Position numbers and translations under genes: made by a program. This document shows positions 9,815-18,110 of a DNA stretch of 44,038 bases, one piece after another; within the stretch, counting starts at the first letter, position 1, and each line of letters opens with the position of its first letter. Origin of the DNA: an uncultured Clostridia bacterium. GTDB taxonomy: Bacteria > Bacillota > Clostridia > Oscillospirales > CAG-272. Where the stretch lies: the NCBI GenBank assembly GCA_947367285.1, contig CANBDB010000001.1:1-44038 (forward strand), written 5' to 3'. Below the pieces are notes generated by a model, which did no database searches, had not been told where the DNA came from, and saw only the letters and a program-made list of their open reading frames with translations.

Positions 9815-10111
9815 TCACATAGAAAGGACAGGACCGGATGCTTTTACGGTTGCTTCGGGAGCTTCGGCCTTCTGCTTTGCACTCTGACGCTTTGAGGACT
9901 TGGGATCAGAGGACTGATCTTCATCCATGTCTTCGCCGGGGTTCTGTGCTTTCACATATTCCTGAACGTCCTTCGGCACTTGGTCACGGTACATCTCTTC
10001 GAGCTTCTTCTGAAGCTCACCTTCGATGTTCTTGCCTTCCTTCTCGAGATAGTAACAGAGCGCACGGTAACGAGGAGTAGAAAATCTTACGGACACCTGC
10101 TGTTGCTTCAT
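9815..10111 (-). CDS. Small protein of unknown function (paralogue of 9216..9518)
   Basis: 98 aa. LQKKLEEMYRDQVPKDVQEYVKAQ aligns with the 9216 gene; charged disordered tail. Confidence 0.6.
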   Translation of the reverse strand: MKQQQVSVRFSTPRYRALCYYLEKEGKNIEGELQKKLEEMYRDQVPKDVQEYVKAQNPGEDMDEDQSSDPKSSKRQSAKQKAEAPEATVKASGPVLSM

Positions 10112-11196
10112 TACACACCTCCGTCATCGTATTTGAGTTCAAACGTACTCTCGTCGGTTGCGGGATTGAGCCAACGCTCTGACTCAGCGATGGTGCATTC
10201 TCCCGCAAGCATTTTAGAGAATGCTTCGAGTCTTGCAGGATCACAGCCTGTCACTTCGATCTGCGTTCCGTAGTAGCCGTCGTAGATACGGGTAACCCTT
10301 GCACCGAGAACGTCAGCCCAATCGCGCTTGCCTTGCTCGGTGAGCGTATGATGATTGAGTTCTACGATGGTGGCGAGGTCATGTTCCTCGTCAGCGTCCA
10401 GGATGTGAACGTCTTCGAGGTTGCATCCCATAAGACCGAACAGAGTTGTCAGTCTTTCACCGGCATCATCGGTGACTGGAGCGTTCTCGAGATAGTATGT
10501 CATCTCGAGGCAGTCCTCGGTTGCAATGATCTCGGACACTTCATCGCGTGCTTCCAGCTCCGCGATGAGCATCTGACCGATACCGTTGTTCGGTGTGACG
10601 GTAGTATCAAAGTGCTGACTGATCTCATCGAAGCCGATCACCCAGGAACCGTTTGCGGTCTGAGCCGTACCTTGCTTAATGAGATCCTCTGCCATCGTTT
10701 GAATATGCTTCTGCATATAGCCACGGGCGTTGGGAAGCAGAGCCGAGTATCGAGCGTAGAGACTTCCTTCGCCTTCCACGAGAATGCCGTCCTCTTCACC
10801 TTCACCGAGCACCAAGAGACAGTGACTGACTCCGTCCCGATCCTGATACATCAAATCTCTGTATTCCTTGATGAATTCCTGGTTCTCAAATAAATGAGTT
10901 CGAAAATCATAAAAGCGGTTGCGGTCCAGCTCTACCACCGCTTCGACCTTGCATCTGTCCACACGCAGTTCGGGTTCCTTCCTCATGAGCTGTGCAGAGG
11001 TGTAGAGACCACGGGGGCTGTCATCCATTCCTTCGAGCTGCTCACCGAGTTCTCTCTGTCGTTCGATGGCTCGGTTGTATTTGTCATAGGTCGCTTCATC
11101 AAGTCCGAGACCGTAATCGAGTGCGACCTCGCAGGTGTTGATGAAGCCTTGGAGCTCATCGACCTCGTCCATGAGCTTTTTCTTTTCGTTCGTCAT
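10111..11196 (-). CDS. Acidic multi-domain protein of unknown function
   Basis: 361 aa from ATG 11196 (RBS AAAGGAG); the track start 11214 is GTG. A middle domain is shared with the 11211..11930 product. Confidence 0.6.
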   Translation of the reverse strand: MTNEKKKLMDEVDELQGFINTCEVALDYGLGLDEATYDKYNRAIERQRELGEQLEGMDDSPRGLYTSAQLMRKEPELRVDRCKVEAVVELDRNRFYDFRTHLFENQEFIKEYRDLMYQDRDGVSHCLLVLGEGEEDGILVEGEGSLYARYSALLPNARGYMQKHIQTMAEDLIKQGTAQTANGSWVIGFDEISQHFDTTVTPNNGIGQMLIAELEARDEVSEIIATEDCLEMTYYLENAPVTDDAGERLTTLFGLMGCNLEDVHILDADEEHDLATIVELNHHTLTEQGKRDWADVLGARVTRIYDGYYGTQIEVTGCDPARLEAFSKMLAGECTIAESERWLNPATDESTFELKYDDGGV

Positions 11197-11210
11197 GTGA
11201 TTCTCCTTTC

Positions 11211-11930
11211 TCACATCTGTTGATCGTATGCGACGTCTTCGAACTCTTCTTTGTCCACGTATGGACAGTAGTTGAGATAGAAGGTCAGATCGAATTCATC
11301 GCAGTACACACCGACCTCCGAGATAACGTCGCCTTGCTTGTAGAGTTCCTCGGTGATCATGTCCAGCATCTCCGTGTCTTCGGAGAGGTTCACGCCGAAG
11401 CGTTCGCCTATCTCTTCGAAGGTGAAGTGCCAATTTCCGGTCGTGGTGTTGTCGGTGCCGACGAAGATCATGTGCTCAGCAATGGTCTGCGCGTATGCTT
11501 CACGGTCAAAGTACGGCACCAAGGATTTGAAGCCGCACTGACGGATCTCATCATCGGTCATGCCGATATACTCGGAGAGCGTGTTATACAACTCTGCTCC
11601 CGACTGTTCTTCACCGATCCAAGAAACGAGCCGTCCGACAAGGTGGTTCTTTCGCTCGGCAATGACTTCGTTTCGGACACAGTCAAGCCCGAGGATATGA
11701 TCGTCCACGTATTCACGGATCGCCTTCTCGACCGTGTCTTCACGGAGATCGGGGATCTCATAACCGACAGCGAAGGTCGTGTCGCCGATTCGCTCAGTGA
11801 GACCATCGTCTGCCTGATTATAAAGCTCAACGTAGACACCGTCGCAGAAATCGGTTTTGTGTTCATTGTAATTGTGTCTTTGCAGGTCGATTGCATCGAC
11901 CGTTCGGATGTTGTATCCTCTGTAAATCAT
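11211..11930 (-). CDS. Acidic protein of unknown function (shares a domain with 10111..11196)
   Basis: 239 aa, RBS AAAGGAG. GTDNTTTGNWHFTFEEIGERFG...LTFYLNYCPY parallels GTAQTANGSWVIGFDEISQHFD...MTYYLENAPV. Confidence 0.6.
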   Translation of the reverse strand: MIYRGYNIRTVDAIDLQRHNYNEHKTDFCDGVYVELYNQADDGLTERIGDTTFAVGYEIPDLREDTVEKAIREYVDDHILGLDCVRNEVIAERKNHLVGRLVSWIGEEQSGAELYNTLSEYIGMTDDEIRQCGFKSLVPYFDREAYAQTIAEHMIFVGTDNTTTGNWHFTFEEIGERFGVNLSEDTEMLDMITEELYKQGDVISEVGVYCDEFDLTFYLNYCPYVDKEEFEDVAYDQQM

Positions 11931-11942
11931 ATTGCTCCTTTC

Positions 11943-12512
11943 TCACGATGAAGGTTCGGGAGAAGACGTTTGAGCTTCTCCCGTGGTTTCTTCTGTGACT
12001 CTCGTTGGCGTTACACCGTAGAGCTGATCCATCTTTGCCTGATCCTCTTCGGACACCACAACGAGGAACGTCTCGGACACGAGATCGTACACGTCCTTGT
12101 CGGCTGTTGTGTTGAGGAAACAATTTGCAAGGTCATCGTAGAAGGTATCGCCGCTTTCCATTCCTATAAGGTAGGAGATATAGATTGCGGACGCCTTACG
12201 CTGATCGCCTGTGTCCAGCTCTTTTGTTTTGAATACCGATACGATGGTATCGCAGGTCGCATCCATCGTAGCAATCTGTTGCTGCTGTTCTTGCGGTAAG
12301 TTGGAGAGCACCATGTCTTTGTTAAGGATCGTTCCACCGTCACCCGCCATCCAACCGAACATTCCGATTAAGGTGATCAGCGGGATGCAGACGATAAACA
12401 GAGCGATGCCAACAACGTAGAGTAAAAATTTTCTGCCTTTCTTATCGCCGAGAAGAATTGCAAGCACCTTCTTAGCGACAGCGGCAATCGTTGCGCCTAC
12501 TGCGACGTCCAC
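11943..12512 (-). CDS. Membrane protein of unknown function
   Basis: 189 aa, GTG start. Two N-terminal hydrophobic helices, then a soluble domain. No hydrolase motif seen. Confidence 0.55.
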   Translation of the reverse strand: MDVAVGATIAAVAKKVLAILLGDKKGRKFLLYVVGIALFIVCIPLITLIGMFGWMAGDGGTILNKDMVLSNLPQEQQQQIATMDATCDTIVSVFKTKELDTGDQRKASAIYISYLIGMESGDTFYDDLANCFLNTTADKDVYDLVSETFLVVVSEEDQAKMDQLYGVTPTRVTEETTGEAQTSSPEPSS

Positions 12513-12521
12513 CTTCCTTCT

Positions 12522-12968
12522 TTATAAACTGATTTCCTGTATACTGTCTCCGTCCGGTTCGTCACCGTACATGGATGCCATATAGCCGTCATAGGCATCG
12601 CTGTACTTCTGATACACGTCATTGTCGATTTCTCTCAGAGTGCCTTCCTCAAACTGCCACAGCGGATACTTACAGAACCCGCTTGCCTTATAGAATCCTG
12701 TGTCCGATGCCAAACCCTGACTTTGAAGTTGATCTGCAAAATCACAGTTGTTGGTATCGATATAGGCACAGTTCTTCATGCCGATAAACTCACCGAAGGA
12801 CACGGTCAATACTGCGTATTGCTCCAGTTCGGACGGATCGGTAACGTCATCCAAAATGATAGCAAGTCCGGGAAGCTCAGTTCCCATGAAATCCTTGACG
12901 GCATAGAGAGCCAGTCTCGGCGAGACCGTTACTTGCCGTCCTGTGAAGTCTGTGATGTCATATTTCAT
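12522..12968 (-). CDS. DUF4313-like protein
   Basis: 148 aa. PRLALYAVKDFMGTELPGLAIILDD...YAVLTVSFGEFIGMKNCAYIDTNNC...KYPLWQF matches my recollection of DUF4313 on Clostridial ICEs. Confidence 0.55.
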   Translation of the reverse strand: MKYDITDFTGRQVTVSPRLALYAVKDFMGTELPGLAIILDDVTDPSELEQYAVLTVSFGEFIGMKNCAYIDTNNCDFADQLQSQGLASDTGFYKASGFCKYPLWQFEEGTLREIDNDVYQKYSDAYDGYMASMYGDEPDGDSIQEISL

Positions 12969-12986
12969 GCCGTTCTCCTTTCACGC

Positions 12987-14825
12987 TTATCTACCACCAG
13001 CGTTGCCGAACAGCTTCGCCTTGTACTCGGGAGCGATAACCTGCAAGAGATAACGCTCGTTACCGCACTTGTAAAGACAGGTTCCTCGCTCGGGGAACTT
13101 GATGAGATCGTACTCCGCTTGCTCGATCTGCAGCACGTCCATAAACTCACGGGGATTGATGTTGCCGGGATTGAACAGGAAGTGATGCGTGGGAATAGAA
13201 AACAGCGGCTTCGTAAATTCACGAATACCGCTGATGAGGAAGTCCTCGATGTTCTGCGATGCGAGGATGATGGCAGAATCCTTTTTACGGACGCGCTTAG
13301 AGGCGTTACGGATATATTCGATAGCGGTCATGTTCGTTAAGAACAGATACAGCTCGTCGATGGATGCTACCGTATTGCCGTGCGTTAAGAGGTTGTGGTT
13401 CATATAGGACAGGATATTGAAGAGCATGGCATCCTTCAGCTTCTTATTACTGTCCATGAGTCCCTTGACACCGAAGCAGACAAACTTATCATCGGTGATG
13501 TTGGTGTGTCCGTTAAAGAACTTGCTTTCCGCGCCCTTGCACATGGAGTTGATTCCGAGACAGATTTCACGGAGAAGCTCTTCGGTGAAGAGCGACTTGG
13601 AGCCTGCTTCGTACTTGTTGAACTCTTCCTCGGCCAAGGCATACAGGTCTTCCATAATCGGATAATCGGTGTTCTTGACCTTGGAGAAATCGGTGTAGTC
13701 GTTGATGCCGAAGTTGTTGTACAGCTTGGTTACGAGGATCTCGAGAGCGTCAATGTGTGCGTCGGAGAAATCCTTGTAGGAACGGAAGAAGTCCTTGAGA
13801 TAGGAGATGTGCTGACTGAGCATCGTGGATTTGCGGAAGGTTTCGGGAGCATCTTCGTCGGCAATCTCGTTCTCATCGGACCAGCGTTTGGGCTGCAAGG
13901 GATTGATGATATACTTGCCACTCATAAGGTCGATATAGCAACCGCCGAGATTGTGGCAGAGGTCTTCATACTCTTGCTCGGCATCCAAGGTGATGAGAGA
14001 TTTTCCCGCCTGACGCAGAGACACGAGCAGGAGCTTTAGAAGGTAGGACTTACCTTGTCCCGAGTTACCCAGGATGAGGATATTGCTGTTGGTCTTGTCA
14101 TCGCTTCTGCGGTCGAAGTCCACAAGGATGTTGGTTCCGTATCTGTCCTTGCCGATATAGAAGCCGTTGGGATCGGTCTTACCGGAGTAGTTAAACGGAT
14201 AGAGGTTCGCCACGGCGGACGCGGGAAGCACTCGTTCAAAGAGCGATGCGAATGTGTTATATCCGCACGGCATACAGGCTTTGAAGCCTTCCTGTTGACG
14301 GAGAGTCAGACGGTCTACCGTGATGCGCTCTCTTGTCAGCTCCATATTGACCTCGGTCTGAATCTCCTTCAACTTATCCAAGGAGGTTGCTGAAAGCTCA
14401 ATGAACACAGCGCAATGCAGAAGCGGTTCCTTGTTCTTACGAAGCTCGGACAGGAGCGTTACCACGTCCTCCATATTTCCTTCGGCGGTTACTGCTTCCT
14501 GAACGTCATCGGAGGTGGAGAGCATTCGGTTCTTTCTCGTTGCGTTTTGGAAGATCTTACGCTGCTCTACGTTATCCACGTAGCGGGAATAGATGTGGAG
14601 GGTTACGTTTTCCTTGTCACCGAGGTGGCAAAGGATTGCCTGATCACTGGTCTGCGGAGGATATTCACGGACAGCCCACACCGAGCGATAGGTGTCGCCG
14701 CAGATAAAATGATCGGCGTTGAATTTCATAGTCGCGGGAGAGATCATGTCAAAGAAATCCTTGACACGAGCCTCCGCTTGACTTACCTTTACAGGTATTT
14801 GCTTTTTCTTTTTTGCCATTACCAT
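12987..14825 (-). CDS. VirB4-like conjugal transfer ATPase (middle + ATPase domains)
   Basis: 612 aa. Walker A GNSGQGKS, Walker B-like SIDELYLF, RBS AAAGGAAA. Confidence 0.88.
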   Translation of the reverse strand: MVMAKKKKQIPVKVSQAEARVKDFFDMISPATMKFNADHFICGDTYRSVWAVREYPPQTSDQAILCHLGDKENVTLHIYSRYVDNVEQRKIFQNATRKNRMLSTSDDVQEAVTAEGNMEDVVTLLSELRKNKEPLLHCAVFIELSATSLDKLKEIQTEVNMELTRERITVDRLTLRQQEGFKACMPCGYNTFASLFERVLPASAVANLYPFNYSGKTDPNGFYIGKDRYGTNILVDFDRRSDDKTNSNILILGNSGQGKSYLLKLLLVSLRQAGKSLITLDAEQEYEDLCHNLGGCYIDLMSGKYIINPLQPKRWSDENEIADEDAPETFRKSTMLSQHISYLKDFFRSYKDFSDAHIDALEILVTKLYNNFGINDYTDFSKVKNTDYPIMEDLYALAEEEFNKYEAGSKSLFTEELLREICLGINSMCKGAESKFFNGHTNITDDKFVCFGVKGLMDSNKKLKDAMLFNILSYMNHNLLTHGNTVASIDELYLFLTNMTAIEYIRNASKRVRKKDSAIILASQNIEDFLISGIREFTKPLFSIPTHHFLFNPGNINPREFMDVLQIEQAEYDLIKFPERGTCLYKCGNERYLLQVIAPEYKAKLFGNAGGR

Positions 14826-14834
14826 TTTCCTTTC

Positions 14835-15548
14835 TTACAGAGTTTGCTCGTACATATCGAGGTTGGGTTCTTCGGTCTTCAAGCGGACGATACTGCTGTC
14901 AAACAGATCCACTTGTGAGCCGATAACCTCCTGGTCGAGCAGTTCATAAGCGGCAAACTCAGCACCGTCAATGTTGACTGTATGCTGTAGCCCGTCAAGC
15001 AATCGCTTGGTTTCATTGGGCTGAATGCGGACGTTTCCGTAAGGAGACATGATATCAAAGGTACACGACGGATTTTCAAGCAGCCATCCGCGCACCGTCT
15101 TCATCAGCTTCTCCTGTTCTTCAAACCACATTTCTTGCCGTTTGATTCCGGCAGAGACGATGGGCGTGAAGGCTTCTTCGTCTTCGCAGATCGCCTTGAA
15201 GCGTTTGCCGTAATCCTCAACGAGAGACAGATCGTCGCTGTCCATAAAGAAGCCGCCCGATTCGCAATCAAAGACAAAGCGTTTCAGATTGGGATCTCCG
15301 TCGAAGGCTTGGCAGAAGGCGGCTTGCCATTCGTAACCGTCGCCGTGAGTACGGAGTCCGCGCTCGGTCAGCGGTTCATCTCCGATCTCTCTTGCGTAGG
15401 CATCGAAGGCGTTCTGACAATAGGGATAGAATTCATCCCCTAAAAGATCAAGCGGAAGGCACAAGCTGTACCTTCCGCATTCCAAATCCACGATATAGAA
15501 CGGTCTGTTTTCATCGTTAAACTTTTGAATTCTTTGTTCTGTAGTCAT
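14835..15548 (-). CDS. Acidic soluble protein of unknown function inserted between the two VirB4-related ORFs
   Basis: 237 aa from ATG 15548 (RBS AAGGAGG); the track ORF extends to 15638. Has its own stop and start signals. Confidence 0.6.
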   Translation of the reverse strand: MTTEQRIQKFNDENRPFYIVDLECGRYSLCLPLDLLGDEFYPYCQNAFDAYAREIGDEPLTERGLRTHGDGYEWQAAFCQAFDGDPNLKRFVFDCESGGFFMDSDDLSLVEDYGKRFKAICEDEEAFTPIVSAGIKRQEMWFEEQEKLMKTVRGWLLENPSCTFDIMSPYGNVRIQPNETKRLLDGLQHTVNIDGAEFAAYELLDQEVIGSQVDLFDSSIVRLKTEEPNLDMYEQTL

Positions 15549-15558
15549 TACGACCTCC

Positions 15559-16137
15559 TTAATCGGGGATGATCCATTTTTCCATAACGGTGTCGCCGTC
15601 GTGGTCATCGAGCTGCTTTTCGTCCGTGTTAACTCCAAAGTACCTTGAGAGGATACGCTTCACGTCATCCTTTTCGGCGCGGGTACAGTCAAAGCCCTGC
15701 TCGTTTATGCTTTTCTCGATGCGGTTGAGGTTTGCAAAGGACTGCTCATCCGATTCCTTGCGAAGTCTTACCGCAAACATAAACTCTCGGGCAGTCGACA
15801 TCTGCATCTGAATCTCATCGAGGAATTGCTTATCTCTTTCGAGCAGATCTCGGATCTTGGGATTGGTTTCATCCTCGAGTCTTGCGTCGAGATACAGCTT
15901 GTTGTCATCGAAGTTTTCTCTTGCATCGATACAGATGATCTCGATGTCGGGCTGTGCGGACAGAAGCTGCATCAGATGCTTGATCTTGATACCGACTGCC
16001 ACTCTTGACAGCACCGAGATATTCGTTGGCTTCACGGTAAAATAAACGATCTCGCCGTGTCCGTTGGTCTGAATGCCGTTACGGGAAAAGCTCTTGATGC
16101 CCAGCATATCCTGGGTTGACAGATTACCTTTTCTCAT
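15559..16137 (-). CDS. VirB4 N-terminal-domain-like protein (separate ORF)
   Basis: 192 aa. LGIKSFSRNGIQTNGHGEIVYFTVKPTNISVLS...IKHLMQLLSAQPDIEIICID has the layout of the N-terminal domain of ~800-aa Firmicutes VirB4 proteins. 4-nt overlap with the PrgI-like gene. Confidence 0.55.
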   Translation of the reverse strand: MRKGNLSTQDMLGIKSFSRNGIQTNGHGEIVYFTVKPTNISVLSRVAVGIKIKHLMQLLSAQPDIEIICIDARENFDDNKLYLDARLEDETNPKIRDLLERDKQFLDEIQMQMSTAREFMFAVRLRKESDEQSFANLNRIEKSINEQGFDCTRAEKDDVKRILSRYFGVNTDEKQLDDHDGDTVMEKWIIPD

Positions 16138-16412
16138 TCGCTTTTATCCTCCTTCCATTCGTAGTACTGCTGTGTCAGCAGAAAATATTTCACGCCCTGT
16201 TTGATGAAGTCGAGAACACTGGTATCGTCAAGCTGAATGGACAGGAACATATATACCAGTGTCAGAGCCAAGGGCAAAAAGAATTTGATTTGCGTTAAGG
16301 CGAGAATCGAAATAAGGAGGGCGACTCCGATGATTGCGATATCTCGCAGGTTCCAAAACCACAGCTTGGCTTGGGATTTCAAATTGTGGGGATAGATATA
16401 GGTTTCGTTCAT
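16134..16412 (-). CDS. PrgI/VirB3-like small membrane protein
   Basis: 92 aa, two TM helices, located immediately upstream of the VirB4-related genes. Confidence 0.7.
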   Translation of the reverse strand: MNETYIYPHNLKSQAKLWFWNLRDIAIIGVALLISILALTQIKFFLPLALTLVYMFLSIQLDDTSVLDFIKQGVKYFLLTQQYYEWKEDKSE

Positions 16413-16427
16413 TGGGTTCTCCTTTCC

Positions 16428-17345
16428 TTATTTCTTCGCCAATGCGCGAGTGAGGTTGATGGCGGTCGTTGTGGTGTGAACGGCGCTCATCATATTGACT
16501 CTTACGCTTGTGTCAAGACCGAACATCTGAGCAATTCGAGGCACTTCGTTGGCCGAGAGCATAACACCCAAGCCGAGAAGCATATTCGTCTGCCATGTGA
16601 GCAGTCCGAGGTAAAGCAGAGTCATCTGCATAAATGCAGTAAGGCATAGCGCAATGACCTGTTTGCACCATTGCGTAAAGCCATCCGTATATCCTTTGGG
16701 TAATGAGAAGAGATACAAGCTGCCTACGGCGATCTGTGTCAAGAGAATACCTCCGCGTTTGATATTCGCAAAGAAAATCTTAATAACGCAATAGCCGAGA
16801 GCAATAATTGCAAGTAGATTGAAGATACTCACGGCACCTGCCATGGGATTTAATGCGCCCATAGCAACCTGCCCCAAGCCAGCACCTACGGCTGCATTAT
16901 TGGCAAACAGTCCGGCAAGGTCATGCATCAAGGTGTTCTGAATGGTAAGGCAGAAGGTATACAGTCGTATTGGAAGGACGGTAAACAGGTTCACGGCAAG
17001 GAAGCCATAGATCAACGGCATCACCTGACGCTTAATATTGAACTGCCGCATAGACTGATATTCGATGGCAATATCGAAGATCGCCACGACAAGACCCGCG
17101 ACAAACAACGCCCATCCAAACATACTGAATAGCTTGACACAGGCTTGTACCCACGGCAGATCAAACAGATCTGTACCCATGTTTCCCATGAGCGTGAAGA
17201 AGTCGGCAATTGCGCCGAAGATTGCTTCGTAAATCCATTTGAGGAAGATGCCCCAAATAGAGCTTGATATCATTTCCCAAAGAGAAGCGAAGGCACCGGC
17301 TATCGCATCACCGATACCATCAATAAGATCGGTAAGCCATTCCAA
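16428..17345 (-). CDS. VirB6/TrbL-like polytopic membrane protein
   Basis: 305 aa with at least 6 hydrophobic segments, located between the Maff2-like and PrgI-like genes. Confidence 0.7.
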   Translation of the reverse strand: MEWLTDLIDGIGDAIAGAFASLWEMISSSIWGIFLKWIYEAIFGAIADFFTLMGNMGTDLFDLPWVQACVKLFSMFGWALFVAGLVVAIFDIAIEYQSMRQFNIKRQVMPLIYGFLAVNLFTVLPIRLYTFCLTIQNTLMHDLAGLFANNAAVGAGLGQVAMGALNPMAGAVSIFNLLAIIALGYCVIKIFFANIKRGGILLTQIAVGSLYLFSLPKGYTDGFTQWCKQVIALCLTAFMQMTLLYLGLLTWQTNMLLGLGVMLSANEVPRIAQMFGLDTSVRVNMMSAVHTTTTAINLTRALAKK

Positions 17346-17375
17346 ATAAAATCACCTCTACTTTCTTAGTTTGAA

Positions 17376-17403
17376 TCGGAGGCAACCCGTAGGTTACCTC
17401 CGA
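17376..17403 (-). other. Stem-loop directly downstream of the Maff2-like gene
   Basis: TCGGAGGCAACC-CGTA-GGTTACCTCCGA (12 bp, one G-U pair on the minus-strand transcript). No strong T-tract on the minus strand. Confidence 0.5.
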
Positions 17404-17409
17404 CTGTGC

Positions 17410-17757
17410 TTACATACCGATGATGTCCCAAATATAGAGAGGTGCGGTAAGGGCAAACACGAGAGTTGCGAACAGGATCGCGGGAGGAGTCCACTCGAGC
17501 TGTCCGTGTTTACGGTAGTCCATATAGACGAGGGCTACCTTGGCAAAGAAGCAGACGGCGAGGACAAGGTCGATGACGGGAAATACCACGTTGTTGACCA
17601 CGCTCTTGATCTGCACCTTTGCGGCGTTCCAAGTGGACTGCACCGCACCTGCAACGTCACCCGAGGCTGCGAATGCCGTTACAGACATTACAGACACGAG
17701 GAGCGCAAGCATAGCAACGACCACAAGGATCTTAGTGTACTTCTTGTTCCATTTCAT
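17410..17757 (-). CDS. Maff2-family protein (VirB2-like T4SS pilin-type subunit)
   Basis: 115 aa. Signal peptide ending VTAFA|ASGD and two hydrophobic helices. Confidence 0.7.
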   Translation of the reverse strand: MKWNKKYTKILVVVAMLALLVSVMSVTAFAASGDVAGAVQSTWNAAKVQIKSVVNNVVFPVIDLVLAVCFFAKVALVYMDYRKHGQLEWTPPAILFATLVFALTAPLYIWDIIGM

Positions 17758-18106
17758 ATTGGTTACCTCCGTTTTCGGTTTTGATTTGATCTATCTCCGT
17801 ATCAGACACGTATCTGACTGGGATTCCTTGTTCTTTGGCGGCGATGATCTCTCTGACCATGCCCTGGCTTACGCTGTCGCCGAAGTACCACAGCTCGTCG
17901 CAATCGGACAGGAGCATCAGCCCCGCCATTGTTCCGAAGGCTCTGTCTTCGGGCAGATTGTCATCGAGAAACTGCGTAAAGTAGATGTGCGGAGCGATTG
18001 GTATCGCCCCGCACTCCTTGACTACGAATCTCGCATAGCCCTTTGCCTTCTCGATGTTGTTCTCGATATCTCCCGCAAGTCGGGAGCACACATAGATTTT
18101 CTTCAC
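17732..18106 (-). CDS. DUF4406 / nucleoside 2-deoxyribosyltransferase-like protein
   Basis: 124 aa from GTG 18106 (RBS GAGGGG, 7-nt spacing; 4 nt after the upstream stop). The track ORF starts at 18151, inside the upstream gene. KKIYVCSRLAGDIENNIEKAKGYARF...APHIYF. Overlaps the Maff2 start by 26 nt. Confidence 0.55.
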   Translation of the reverse strand: MKKIYVCSRLAGDIENNIEKAKGYARFVVKECGAIPIAPHIYFTQFLDDNLPEDRAFGTMAGLMLLSDCDELWYFGDSVSQGMVREIIAAKEQGIPVRYVSDTEIDQIKTENGGNQYEMEQEVH

Positions 18107-18110
18107 AGTA

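Noticed and set aside
14826-15558. Intein, IS or group II intron as the cause of the VirB4 split
   Set aside because: The insert is a separate ORF with its own RBS and stop codons on both sides. No intein splice motifs, transposase motifs, terminal inverted repeats or intron domain structure were seen.
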